A stretch of DNA of 29,188 nucleotides from Candidatus Margulisiibacteriota bacterium (GTDB taxonomy: Bacteria; Margulisbacteria; WOR-1; O2-12-FULL-45-9). How positions within the stretch are numbered: the first letter of the stretch is position 1; each line of letters begins with the position of its first letter. Location of the stretch: positions 1 to 29,188 of the forward strand of contig JBDRHP010000102.1 in the NCBI GenBank assembly GCA_043816785.1, given 5' to 3'. Below, piece by piece: positions 16,806 through 25,569 of this stretch. A model generated the notes under the pieces. That model had not been told where the DNA came from. It saw only the letters and a program-made list of their open reading frames with translations, and ran no database searches. The position numbers and the translations under genes are program-made.

Positions 16806-18449
16806 ATGCCAAGTATCGCAGGCTTCACACAGGTTAGAGCTTATCAGAAATTAAGAACGCAGTTGGCCCAGGTTAAACAGCAGCATTTGCGCCAGATATT
16901 TGCCCAGCAACCGACCCGCGCCCAGGACCTTTCAGTCAGGACCGACCAAGTTTTTTATGATTTTTCCCGCCAGCGCCTTGACGCACAAACTGTGAAAGCC
17001 CTCACTGATCTGGCTCAGGAAAGAGACTTGCCTGCTAGTATTGAATCTATGTTCTCTGGTGAAAAGATCAATTCAACAGAAGGCCGCGCGGTTTTGCATG
17101 TGGCCCTGCGCAATCTTTCCGGTGATCCGATTAAAGTTGATGGTAAAGATGTTATGCCGGAAGTTAATAAAGTCCTGGCCCAGATCGAGAAATTTACTAA
17201 TGAAGTGCTGTCCGGCAAGCGCACTGGTGTGACTGGTAAAAAGATCAAAAATATTGTTGCCATTGGTATTGGCGGTTCCTATCTGGGACCTGAATATCTG
17301 GCTACCGCGATGGGATCATATGCCAAAGAAGGCATGAACCTGCGGTTTGTAGCCAATGTTGATGCTACTGATTTTGCTGAAAAAACAGCTGACCTTAACC
17401 CTGAAGAAACAATGGTGGTTATTATTTCCAAGACCTTTACAACAGCAGAGACCATGCAGAACGCTAAAACAGCCCGTCAATGGCTGCTAGATGGTTTAAA
17501 TAACCATGCTGACGCGATCAAAAAACATATGATCGCTGTTTCTACTGCTGAGGAATTAGTCAGGGATTTTGGCATTGACACAGCTAACATGTTTGGCTTC
17601 TGGGATTGGGTTGGCGGCCGCTATAGCGCTACTTCCGCGGTTGGCGCAGTACCCCTTTCATTATATGTAGGCTTTGAGAACTTCAGAAAGGTGCTCGAAG
17701 GCGCCCATTGGATGGATGATCATTTTCGCACTGCGCCATTAGAGCAGAACATCCCAGTTCTGTCAGCTTTGATAGATATCTGGAATATAAACTTCTTAGG
17801 GCATCAAACCAGGGCTTTACTCCCCTATGCTCAAGGATTAGCTAAACTGCCGGCTCACACCCAGCAGGTTGAAATGGAGAGTAACGGCAAACAGGTCTTG
17901 ATCAATGGTCAAGATGTTGATTTTGAGACTGGTGAAGTTGTTTTTGGCGAACCTGGCACTAATGGCCAGCATTCGTTCTATCAGCTGATCCATCAAGGCA
18001 CCCAGGTTATCCCAGCTGACTTTATCGGGTTTGTCCGGCCGCAATATGAATTAGGCGCTGATACTGCTGAAACTGTTTCCCATCATCGTGAATTAATGAC
18101 AAACTTTCTGGCCCAGCCTGATGCCTTAGCTTTTGGCAGTAGTAATAGTGTTAGGGCTAAAAACTTTCCTGGAAACCGGCCTTCCAGCTCAATGTTGCTC
18201 AATGAGTTAACACCATTTACAGCAGGCTTGCTGTTGGCCTGGACAGAACATCGCGCTGCGGTTAAAGGTTTTGTTTGGGGCATTAACAGCTTTGACCAAT
18301 TTGGGGTTGAGTTAGGTAAGGTTTTAGGTAAAGACCATCGGGGAAGAATGCTGCAGTTCAATACTGATGGCACGATCAATACAAAAGGTTTAAATGCGTC
18401 AACGGCAACATTGCTTACATCGATACTAAAAGGGCAACTGCCGGGATAA
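16806..18449 (+). CDS. pgi: Glucose-6-phosphate isomerase
   Basis: IGIGGS, SKTFTTAET, DWVGGRYS, MESNGK, GTNGQHSFYQLIHQG, NSFDQFGVELGK. Confidence 0.96.
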   Translation: MPSIAGFTQVRAYQKLRTQLAQVKQQHLRQIFAQQPTRAQDLSVRTDQVFYDFSRQRLDAQTVKALTDLAQERDLPASIESMFSGEKINSTEGRAVLHVALRNLSGDPIKVDGKDVMPEVNKVLAQIEKFTNEVLSGKRTGVTGKKIKNIVAIGIGGSYLGPEYLATAMGSYAKEGMNLRFVANVDATDFAEKTADLNPEETMVVIISKTFTTAETMQNAKTARQWLLDGLNNHADAIKKHMIAVSTAEELVRDFGIDTANMFGFWDWVGGRYSATSAVGAVPLSLYVGFENFRKVLEGAHWMDDHFRTAPLEQNIPVLSALIDIWNINFLGHQTRALLPYAQGLAKLPAHTQQVEMESNGKQVLINGQDVDFETGEVVFGEPGTNGQHSFYQLIHQGTQVIPADFIGFVRPQYELGADTAETVSHHRELMTNFLAQPDALAFGSSNSVRAKNFPGNRPSSSMLLNELTPFTAGLLLAWTEHRAAVKGFVWGINSFDQFGVELGKVLGKDHRGRMLQFNTDGTINTKGLNASTATLLTSILKGQLPG

Positions 18450-18567
18450 TTTATAGTTAAGCGCGTCTTTCTTCGAGATATTTTCTTCTATAGCGGGGTA
18501 TTTTTTGTGTTAGGCCCATCCTCTGTCCCCTCCCCCTCCTCATAATTAATCCCACCCTACAACTTAA

Positions 18568-18894
18568 TCAACAATTTTTAATGCCAACAACTGCTTCAAC
18601 TCTATCCAGGCGCCTATCCTGTTCGGCATCTTTTGCTTTTGCCAGAACTCGATCATCCCTGGCTTTCTCCAGCTCACCCATAACTTTATCTAATCCACCT
18701 AACACCTGGCCAAATTTATCATCCATCTTGGCGTCTAGTTGATCAAACTTCTTATCATGCTCAAGCAATTTGCTGGCCTGAGCATTTAAGCTATTTTCAA
18801 CTTTATCAAATCTTTTATCTTGTTCATCAAATCTTATATCAAGATGTTTTGTTAGGTTTTGAATATCAGATTTAGTAGCATAATCTTTTGACAT
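18568..18894 (-). CDS. Small coiled-coil hypothetical protein
   Basis: 108 aa, strong SD AAGGAGGTGA, ATKSD motif and RFD/KFD heptad-like repeats. Confidence 0.7.
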   Translation of the reverse strand: MSKDYATKSDIQNLTKHLDIRFDEQDKRFDKVENSLNAQASKLLEHDKKFDQLDAKMDDKFGQVLGGLDKVMGELEKARDDRVLAKAKDAEQDRRLDRVEAVVGIKNC

Positions 18895-18949
18895 TGAATC
18901 TCACCTCCTTCTGTCCACCTCCACCGCCTCCCTTAAAGGGGATCATATC

Positions 18950-20938
18950 TTACTTCTTTTTAATTAACTTGTCAAATTCCTGTTCGGTTATGCATTTAAC
19001 GCCCAGTTTTTTTGCTTTATCAAACTTGGAACCTGGCTCATGCCCTGCTACTACAAAGTCAGTCTGCTTGGAAACAGAAGATGATGGATGTCCTCCAAGA
19101 TTTCTAACTAATTCCTCAGCATCAGTCCTGCTGATTTTATCCAGCCCGCCAGTAAAGACAAAAGTCTTGCCTTTTAATGGCTGAGGTCCTTTGACTTTTT
19201 TAGTCTTAATGGGTAGGCCTTGATTTTTCAACCGCTCGATCAGCTTTTGATTCTCCTTTTGGGAAAAGAAATGTTCCACTGAAGCCGCGACCTTAGGCCC
19301 GATCCCGGCGATCTTAGTCAATTCAGCGGCTTTAACATCAAAGAGGTCTTCCAGGCTGTCATAATGTTGAGCGATCAAGGAAGCCACTGTGCTGCCAACC
19401 ATTCGGATGCCTAGAGCGAATAATAAGCGGTCATATGGCCGATCTTTGCTCCCTTGGATCGAATCTATCACGTTCTGAGCTGATTTATCTGCAAAGCGCT
19501 CCAATTTAGTCAGGTCTGACTTCTTTAAGGTGTATATATCTGCCACATCCTTAACCAGCTTCTTTTCGTATAGTTGAATAGCCAGGGCTGGGCCAATATG
19601 TTCAATATCCATGGCGCCACGCATGCAGAAGAGGATCAATCGTCCAACGACTTGAGCTGGACATGAAGCATTGATACAGCGGGTAATTACCTCGCCCTGC
19701 GGCCGAAAAAGCTCTTCTCCACAAAGCGGACATTTATTTATCATTTTGAATTCTTTTTCTTTGCCAGTGCGCTTTTCTTTAACAAATTTAACAACTTCAG
19801 GAATAACATCCCCTGCTCGCTGCACTACCACATGATCGCCAATCTTAATGCCTTTACGCTTGATCTCATCTTCATTATGTAAAGTTGCGCGTTTAACAGT
19901 AACGCCAGCTAAATTTACTGGCTTTAAATGTGCAACCGGGGTTATTGCTCCAGTTCGACCAACCTGGACTTTAATATCCTCAATAATTGTTAAACCTTGA
20001 ATAGGAGGATACTTGAAGGCAATAGCCCAGCGTGGAGCACGAGCAGTAGCTCCAAGTTTTTTCTGATAATCAAAACTATTAACTTTTACTACTACTCCAT
20101 CAATCTCGTATTGCAATTTACCTCTTTTATCTTCTAAGCTTTTTATATATTTGATGACATCATGAATGTTATTAAAATGCCACAAATATGGATTAGACTT
20201 AAATCCGATCTTAAATAAGTATTTCATTATCTTCTCTTCTGTGTCTATTCCTGGTTGTGATGATCCGTAATATGGCATGAAATCTAACGGTCTTTTACTT
20301 GTTATTTTAGAATTAAGTTGTCTGACTGAACCAGCAGCTGCATTTCTAGGGTTTGCGAATATAGCTTCATCCTTTTCTGCCCGTGCTTCATTTAATTTAA
20401 GAAAATCTTCGTTTGGGAGTATTACTTCCCCTCTTACTTCAATGTCTATTTTCTCTTGTAAATGTAGCGGCACTGTTCTGATCGTTTTAATATTATTTGT
20501 TACGTCTTCTCCGATTACTCCATCGCCGCGAGTTGAAGCGTTAGTTAACACCCCTTTAAAATATTTTAAGGATATTGCGAGGCCGTCGTATTTCATCTCA
20601 AGAAAATAATTAATGTTTTCCTCTTTTAATGCATCTTTTACTCTCTTGTCAAAAGCTATCATTTCTTCTTCGGTATTAGCTTTATCTAGGGATAATAGAG
20701 GAATTCCATGTTTAACCGTTTTAAAAGCTTTAAGCGGCTCTCCGCCTACTCGCTGGGTCGGAGAATCAGGAGTGACCAAGGTTGGGAATTTCTTTTCTAG
20801 CCCCTGCAGCTCACGAAAGAGCTTATCGTATTCACCGTCGGAGATCTTTGGTTTATCAAGAACGTAGTAAAAATGGTCGTGCTGATGGATCTCTGCCCTA
20901 AGATTCTCGATAAGTTTTTTAACTTTTGCTTTATCCAA
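18950..20938 (-). CDS. ligA: NAD-dependent DNA ligase
   Basis: EMKYDG, STRGDG..GEDVT, NPRNAAAGS, QVGRTG, C4 zinc finger, HhH, BRCT. Start moved to TTG 20938 (MDKAKVKKLIENLR); the track's longer N-terminus lies inside the repeat. Confidence 0.95.
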   Translation of the reverse strand: MDKAKVKKLIENLRAEIHQHDHFYYVLDKPKISDGEYDKLFRELQGLEKKFPTLVTPDSPTQRVGGEPLKAFKTVKHGIPLLSLDKANTEEEMIAFDKRVKDALKEENINYFLEMKYDGLAISLKYFKGVLTNASTRGDGVIGEDVTNNIKTIRTVPLHLQEKIDIEVRGEVILPNEDFLKLNEARAEKDEAIFANPRNAAAGSVRQLNSKITSKRPLDFMPYYGSSQPGIDTEEKIMKYLFKIGFKSNPYLWHFNNIHDVIKYIKSLEDKRGKLQYEIDGVVVKVNSFDYQKKLGATARAPRWAIAFKYPPIQGLTIIEDIKVQVGRTGAITPVAHLKPVNLAGVTVKRATLHNEDEIKRKGIKIGDHVVVQRAGDVIPEVVKFVKEKRTGKEKEFKMINKCPLCGEELFRPQGEVITRCINASCPAQVVGRLILFCMRGAMDIEHIGPALAIQLYEKKLVKDVADIYTLKKSDLTKLERFADKSAQNVIDSIQGSKDRPYDRLLFALGIRMVGSTVASLIAQHYDSLEDLFDVKAAELTKIAGIGPKVAASVEHFFSQKENQKLIERLKNQGLPIKTKKVKGPQPLKGKTFVFTGGLDKISRTDAEELVRNLGGHPSSSVSKQTDFVVAGHEPGSKFDKAKKLGVKCITEQEFDKLIKKK

Positions 20939-20994
20939 ATCCTCACCCCGCCCCGACTTTGTCGGGGCACCCCTCTCCACTTCGTGGAGAGGGG
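20939..20994 (+). repeat. Left composite end of the DUF559 cassette
   Basis: ATCCTCACCCC-GCCCCGACTTTGTCGGGGC-ACCCCTCTCCAC-TTC-GTGGAGAGGGG. Confidence 0.85.
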
Positions 20995-21335
20995 AAAAGA
21001 TATCTTTTGATTGTTTTCAGAACTGAATCCAGTGAGTTTAGGACTTGGTCATTTTTGAACCGTAACATCTTGATCCCCATGGATTCGATTATGTTTTGCC
21101 TTTCTAAATCATATTCTACCCTATCATTATGTATTGCGCCATCAACTTCAATACCTAGTTTGTGAGAAACGCAATAAAAATCAAGAATAAATCCTCTGAT
21201 CGGATGTTGCCTTCTAAATTTCACCCCGACCATGCCTCTATTACTTAAATATTTCCATAGTAACGATTCCGCTTCCGTCATTTCCTTCCTGAGGATTCTG
21301 GCACCTAGAAACGTTCTATATTTGTTTCTATTCAT
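20943..21335 (-). CDS. DUF559 (Vsr-like, PD-(D/E)XK) endonuclease domain protein
   Basis: AR.LRKEMTEAE..LW..L, KFRRQHPI, FILDFYC, IEVDGAIH, D.ER...IESMGIKMLRF.N. Confidence 0.88.
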   Translation of the reverse strand: MNRNKYRTFLGARILRKEMTEAESLLWKYLSNRGMVGVKFRRQHPIRGFILDFYCVSHKLGIEVDGAIHNDRVEYDLERQNIIESMGIKMLRFKNDQVLNSLDSVLKTIKRYLFPSPRSGEGCPDKVGAG

Positions 21336-21345
21336 AAAAGGATTT

Positions 21346-21413
21346 ACCCCTCTCCATCGCAGATGGAGAGGGGTGTCAATTCACGATTTATCGTGAATTG
21401 ACGGGGTGAGGAT
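21346..21413 (-). repeat. Right composite end of the DUF559 cassette
   Basis: Minus strand: ATCCTCACCCC-GTCAATTCACGATAAATCGTGAATTGAC-ACCCCTCTCCATC-TGC-GATGGAGAGGGGT. Confidence 0.85.
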
Positions 21414-22103
21414 CCCTTCAACCGGAATAACAACAGTGTTTAATTTGCCAATCTCAGCCAGGGTGATGATTGTGTCCATGTTTACGGCCTGGGTTACATG
21501 GAAGGGATCGGCATAGGTGCGCATCAAACCAGACAGATAAGCGCCGCAGCCCAGATCATCACCTATGTCAGCAACCAGCTGGCGGACATAGGTCCCCTTT
21601 GAGCAAAGGACCTCAAAGGTAACCCGAGGGTTTGTGCCACCCTCATAATTCAATAGTTTAATGCTATGAATCGTCACCTTGCGCGGTTCGCGTTTAATCG
21701 TGATGCCTTTTCTAGCCAGTTTATAAAGCCGCTGACCTTTTACTTTAATAGCTGAGTGCATGGGCGGAACCTGCTCGATCTCACCTTTGTATTTAGCCAG
21801 CGAGGCTGCAACGTTGGAAAGCTCAAAGGATACGTTGCGGATCTCGGTCACTTTGCCCATGGCATCATGCGAGTCAGTACAGATCCCTAAGGTCATTTCC
21901 GCGATATAGCCCTTATCTCCAGCCAGGAAATGCTGAACCGATTTGGTGGCTTTTCCCAGGAAGATCGGTAAAACTCCAGTAGCCATGGGATCCAGGGTGC
22001 CTGAGTGGCCGACTTTTTTGACTTTGGATAGGTTTCTGATCTTGGCAACAACGTCAAAGGAGGTCCAGTCACGCGGTTTATTAACGATAATTATGCCTTC
22101 CAC
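21381..22103 (-). CDS. truB: tRNA pseudouridine-55 synthase, short form without PUA domain
   Basis: KVGHSGTLDPMATGVL, QVPPMHSAIK, CSKGTYVR; GTG start. Confidence 0.94.
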   Translation of the reverse strand: MEGIIIVNKPRDWTSFDVVAKIRNLSKVKKVGHSGTLDPMATGVLPIFLGKATKSVQHFLAGDKGYIAEMTLGICTDSHDAMGKVTEIRNVSFELSNVAASLAKYKGEIEQVPPMHSAIKVKGQRLYKLARKGITIKREPRKVTIHSIKLLNYEGGTNPRVTFEVLCSKGTYVRQLVADIGDDLGCGAYLSGLMRTYADPFHVTQAVNMDTIITLAEIGKLNTVVIPVEGILTPSIHDKS

Positions 22104-22112
22104 GATTTTTTC

Positions 22113-22142
22113 GGAAACCAGCGACTAAACGTCGCGGTTTCC
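22113..22142 (+). repeat. TRAAC-loop hairpin copy 9 (solitary, empty)
   Basis: GGAAACC-A-GCGAC-TAAAC-GTCGC-GGTTTCC. Confidence 0.88.
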
Positions 22143-22167
22143 TCAAATTCATCTCCTTGAAAGTCAA

Positions 22168-23145
22168 CTACACCAGATACTTTGAAGCTTTGAGATACTT
22201 CAGGACTTCAGCCACAACCTTTTTCTTGGCAGTCACAATGTCATCGGAAAGAATTGCCCCGGCCGCGCGGAAATGCCCTCCGCCGTCAAAACGCCGAGCG
22301 ATCTCTGAAACGTTGATCTTGGATTTGGAGCGCAAGTTAACTTTGACCTTGCTGCCGTCCTCGCGAAATAAGATCGCCACTTCAATGCCGTCAATTGAGC
22401 GGATCTGGTCAACCAGACCAACAATGTCATCGCCCTTAGCCCCTACTTTTTCCATCATTTCCTGGGTAACCACAACCCAAGCGGCCTTGCGGTCCGGAGA
22501 GACTTCTAGGGTTGACAGAGCAGCTGCTTGAATGCGAATACTGGCAATGCTTTTTGTATCGTAGATCCGGGTCGTGATCGCGTGAGTATCCACCCCAGCC
22601 TTGAGCATATCCTCGGCCATAATGAAGGTGCCAACAGACGTGTTCTCATACCGGTAATTGCCTGTGTCAGTGATCAAGGCCACATAGAGATTTTCAGCCA
22701 CCGGCTTATCGATCTTGATCTTTAAGTTCTTGAGCAGTTTATAGACTAATTCAGCAGTGGAGGAGCTTTTTTGCGCGTAATTGATATCGCCGTATTGCGT
22801 ATTATCCGGGTGATGGTCAATGTTAATAATAAGTTTAGCGATGTCTTTGACTGAGAGCTTATCTCCCAGCCGCTTGATGTCCGAGGCATCGACCGCGATC
22901 AGCAGATCGTACTTTTTATTTTGCTCAACCTTATTTTTAACAGAATCAGATCCGGGCAAAAACCTGTATATTTTTGGCACGCCATCCTGTGAATATTGAT
23001 CAACCGCCAGGCCCATTTGAGCGAGGACTAATCCCATGGCGTTCATGGAACCGATGGAATCCCCATCAGGATCAACGTGAGAAACGATCAGGGCGTTCCT
23101 AGCGTTTTTTAGGGCTTTTTTTATGGTGATGAATATTTCGTTCAT
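22168..23145 (-). CDS. nrnA: DHH family oligoribonuclease/pAp phosphatase
   Basis: HVDPDGDS, IDHH, TDTG, GGGH..AAG; located between rbfA and truB. Confidence 0.88.
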   Translation of the reverse strand: MNEIFITIKKALKNARNALIVSHVDPDGDSIGSMNAMGLVLAQMGLAVDQYSQDGVPKIYRFLPGSDSVKNKVEQNKKYDLLIAVDASDIKRLGDKLSVKDIAKLIINIDHHPDNTQYGDINYAQKSSSTAELVYKLLKNLKIKIDKPVAENLYVALITDTGNYRYENTSVGTFIMAEDMLKAGVDTHAITTRIYDTKSIASIRIQAAALSTLEVSPDRKAAWVVVTQEMMEKVGAKGDDIVGLVDQIRSIDGIEVAILFREDGSKVKVNLRSKSKINVSEIARRFDGGGHFRAAGAILSDDIVTAKKKVVAEVLKYLKASKYLV

Positions 23146-23485
23146 GTTCTTCTTTGTCTAGTTTTGAGATAATTCCCAGAACACGGCTGCCCTTTTCCAG
23201 TGAATCGTCTCTTACAAACCTGATCTCTGGCACTGCACGCAGATCCAAAAGGCGGCCTAATTTACCGCGGATAAAACTGGTGGCTGAATAAAGCCCCTGC
23301 ATAGACTCTTGTTTTTTCTCTTCGTTCGCTAATATGCTTACGCGAACATTAGCGTTTTCCAGGTCAGGGGTAACCTCAACCTGAGTAATGCTGACAAAAC
23401 CAATGCGCGGGTCAGAAACATCCTCGCGGATTATGCGGCTGATCTCTTCTCTGATCAACTCTGCTACGCGGTCGACCCTGCTCAT
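23099..23485 (-). CDS. rbfA: Ribosome-binding factor A
   Basis: RVDRVAELIREEIS, DPRIGFVSIT.V.VTPDL, LRAVPEIRF..D. Confidence 0.94.
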   Translation of the reverse strand: MSRVDRVAELIREEISRIIREDVSDPRIGFVSITQVEVTPDLENANVRVSILANEEKKQESMQGLYSATSFIRGKLGRLLDLRAVPEIRFVRDDSLEKGSRVLGIISKLDKEEHERNIHHHKKSPKKR

Positions 23486-25545
23486 TTCCTGCGCGCCTTT
23501 TCCCTTATTTCAAATGCTTCGACTACGTCCCCTTCTTTGAAATTCACAAAGCCCTGAAGGGCAATGCCGCATTCAAAATTCTGCTCAACAGCCTTGACGT
23601 CATCCTTAAATCGCTTGAGGGATTCCAGCTTGCCCTCATAGATCTTTTCTGAATCTCGGAAAATCCTGATCTTGGCGCCCCTGACCATTTTGCCATCAAT
23701 AACAAAGCAACCGGCGATTACGCCAACCTTAGAAAACTTAAACAGGTTTCTTACCTCAGCATGGCCAAGAACGACTTCTTCATATACCGGCTCAAGCAGC
23801 CCTTCCATGGCCAGCTTAACATCGTCAACCAGCTTGTAGATAATATCGTACTCCCTAACCTCAATACACTCTTTGGCACTAGCAGCTTCTGCATTACCCT
23901 CAAAGCCGACATTAAAACCAACAATAATGGCTGCCGAAGCGCGGGCTAGCATTATGTCAGATTCATTGACCGGACCAACTGCCCGGTGGATAATATTGAT
24001 GCGAATATTGCCGATGGCCAGGTTCTGGAGCGATTGCTCAATCGCTTCGATCGATCCCTGAGCATCTGCCTTGACCACCAGGTTAAGCGATTTATTTTTG
24101 CCTTCCTTAACCAGCTTGGAAAAGTCTTCCAAAGAAAGAACCTTGCCTCGGGAGACTTTGTCTTTAAGCTCTTTGCGCTGTTCTGCCAGCATTCTGGCCT
24201 CTCTCTCAGAGGGCATTACCTGCAGCATATCTCCAGAAGTTGGAACATCATTGCTGCCCAGGACTTCAACCGGCGTTGCAGGCCCTGCCTCATTCAGGCG
24301 TTTGCCATGGTCATCAAAAAGCGCCTTGACCTTGCCATAGGTTGCTCCCAGTACAAAAATGTCTCCGACCCGCAAAGTCCCGCTTTTGACCAGAAGATCG
24401 GCTACCGGACCGCGGCCTTTATCCAACCGAGACTCTATAACTACCCCGACGGGAGTGCCATTTGGGTCAGCTTTTAATTCCTGAACTTCTGCTATCAGCA
24501 GAATCATCTCCAGCAGCTCTTTTATGCCTGTGCCATCCTTGGCCGAGGTTGGGACCATGACGGTTGTGCCGCCCCAATCTTCTGCCAGCAGATCCTGCTT
24601 TGATAACTGGGTCTTGACACGATCAAGGTCAACCCCAGGCTTATCGATCTTGTTGATCGCTACCATGATCGGCACGCCGGCTGCCTTGGCGTGATCGATC
24701 GCCTCAATTGTTTGTGGTTTAACGCCGTCATCAGCCGCTACTACCAGAACAGCTATATCTGTGACCTTGGCTCCCCTGGCCCGCAGCGCGGTAAATGCCT
24801 CGTGGCCTGGCGTATCCAAAAAGGTGACTTTCTTGCCGTGGACTTCAACTTGATACGCGCCAATATGCTGAGTTATGCCGCCGGCTTCGCCTTCAGCCAC
24901 GCGGGTTTTTCTGATGGCATCCAACAGTTTTGTTTTGCCATGATCAACATGTCCCATGATCGTAACAACCGGTGGCCGATGGATAAGTTTGCCCACTAAT
25001 ACGTCCGGTGATTGCGCCACAACTGTGTCGCGTTTTTTAATAGTGACCTGCCTGCCTAAAGCGCCAGCGATATCTTTAGCCATCTCAGCATTGATCCGCT
25101 GGTTAATGTTTGCCAGAGTTCCCCTTTTCATTAATTCCTTGATCAAATCAGAAGCCCTGACCACTAACTTTTCAGAGAGTTCTTTTACGGAGATATCTTC
25201 TGTTTCAATGACCGGGCCAGTCGCCTTAACCTCTGGCACTGGTTCTGAAGGAACTGGTGGTTGAGGCTTTGGCGCGGGGGGCGGCGTTACTTCTTTTACT
25301 GCGGGCTTGGCCTCTTTTTTGGGAGCGGAGACTTCTTTAACGATCTTAGCTGTCTCGGTGTCAATTGAGGAGGCTGCGGTTTTTGCTTCAACCCCAAGAT
25401 CCTTGAGCATTACCAGCAGATCCTTTGGATCTAGGTTCAGTTCCTTGGCCAAAGAACTGATCTTGATCTTTTTGACAGCTGGTTTGCTAACTTTTTTGGC
25501 CTTAACAGTTTTCTTTTTAGTTGTTTTCTTTGCTTTAGTAGCCAT
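23482..25545 (-). CDS. infB: Translation initiation factor IF-2
   Basis: [37 protein letters not shown]. Confidence 0.97.
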   Translation of the reverse strand: MATKAKKTTKKKTVKAKKVSKPAVKKIKISSLAKELNLDPKDLLVMLKDLGVEAKTAASSIDTETAKIVKEVSAPKKEAKPAVKEVTPPPAPKPQPPVPSEPVPEVKATGPVIETEDISVKELSEKLVVRASDLIKELMKRGTLANINQRINAEMAKDIAGALGRQVTIKKRDTVVAQSPDVLVGKLIHRPPVVTIMGHVDHGKTKLLDAIRKTRVAEGEAGGITQHIGAYQVEVHGKKVTFLDTPGHEAFTALRARGAKVTDIAVLVVAADDGVKPQTIEAIDHAKAAGVPIMVAINKIDKPGVDLDRVKTQLSKQDLLAEDWGGTTVMVPTSAKDGTGIKELLEMILLIAEVQELKADPNGTPVGVVIESRLDKGRGPVADLLVKSGTLRVGDIFVLGATYGKVKALFDDHGKRLNEAGPATPVEVLGSNDVPTSGDMLQVMPSEREARMLAEQRKELKDKVSRGKVLSLEDFSKLVKEGKNKSLNLVVKADAQGSIEAIEQSLQNLAIGNIRINIIHRAVGPVNESDIMLARASAAIIVGFNVGFEGNAEAASAKECIEVREYDIIYKLVDDVKLAMEGLLEPVYEEVVLGHAEVRNLFKFSKVGVIAGCFVIDGKMVRGAKIRIFRDSEKIYEGKLESLKRFKDDVKAVEQNFECGIALQGFVNFKEGDVVEAFEIREKARRK

Positions 25546-25569
25546 AATAACTGCTTTCCTGCTTTGAAC

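Larger units (their letters stand above)
20939..21413. mobile_element. Putative DUF559 cassette with inverted composite palindromic ends
   Basis: Perfect 12-bp terminal inverted repeats ATCCTCACCCCG (20939-20950) and CGGGGTGAGGAT (21402-21413), each followed inward by a variable hairpin and then a CCCCTCTCCA..TGGAGAGGGG hairpin. Confidence 0.65.

Noticed and set aside
20939..20980. LigA N-terminus MERGAPTKSGRGED
   Set aside because: It lies inside the palindromic end and overlaps DUF559; TTG 20938 has a better-placed SD and a typical start.
21384..21395. CACGATAAATCG on the minus strand, identical to 15010-15021, as a sigma28-like -10 for DUF559
   Set aside because: No GAAA box at the matching spacing; it is explained as part of the hairpin.
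734..22142. Repeats as a CRISPR array or as intrinsic terminators
   Set aside because: Copies are dispersed with no spacer periodicity or cas genes, and they lack consistent U-tracts.
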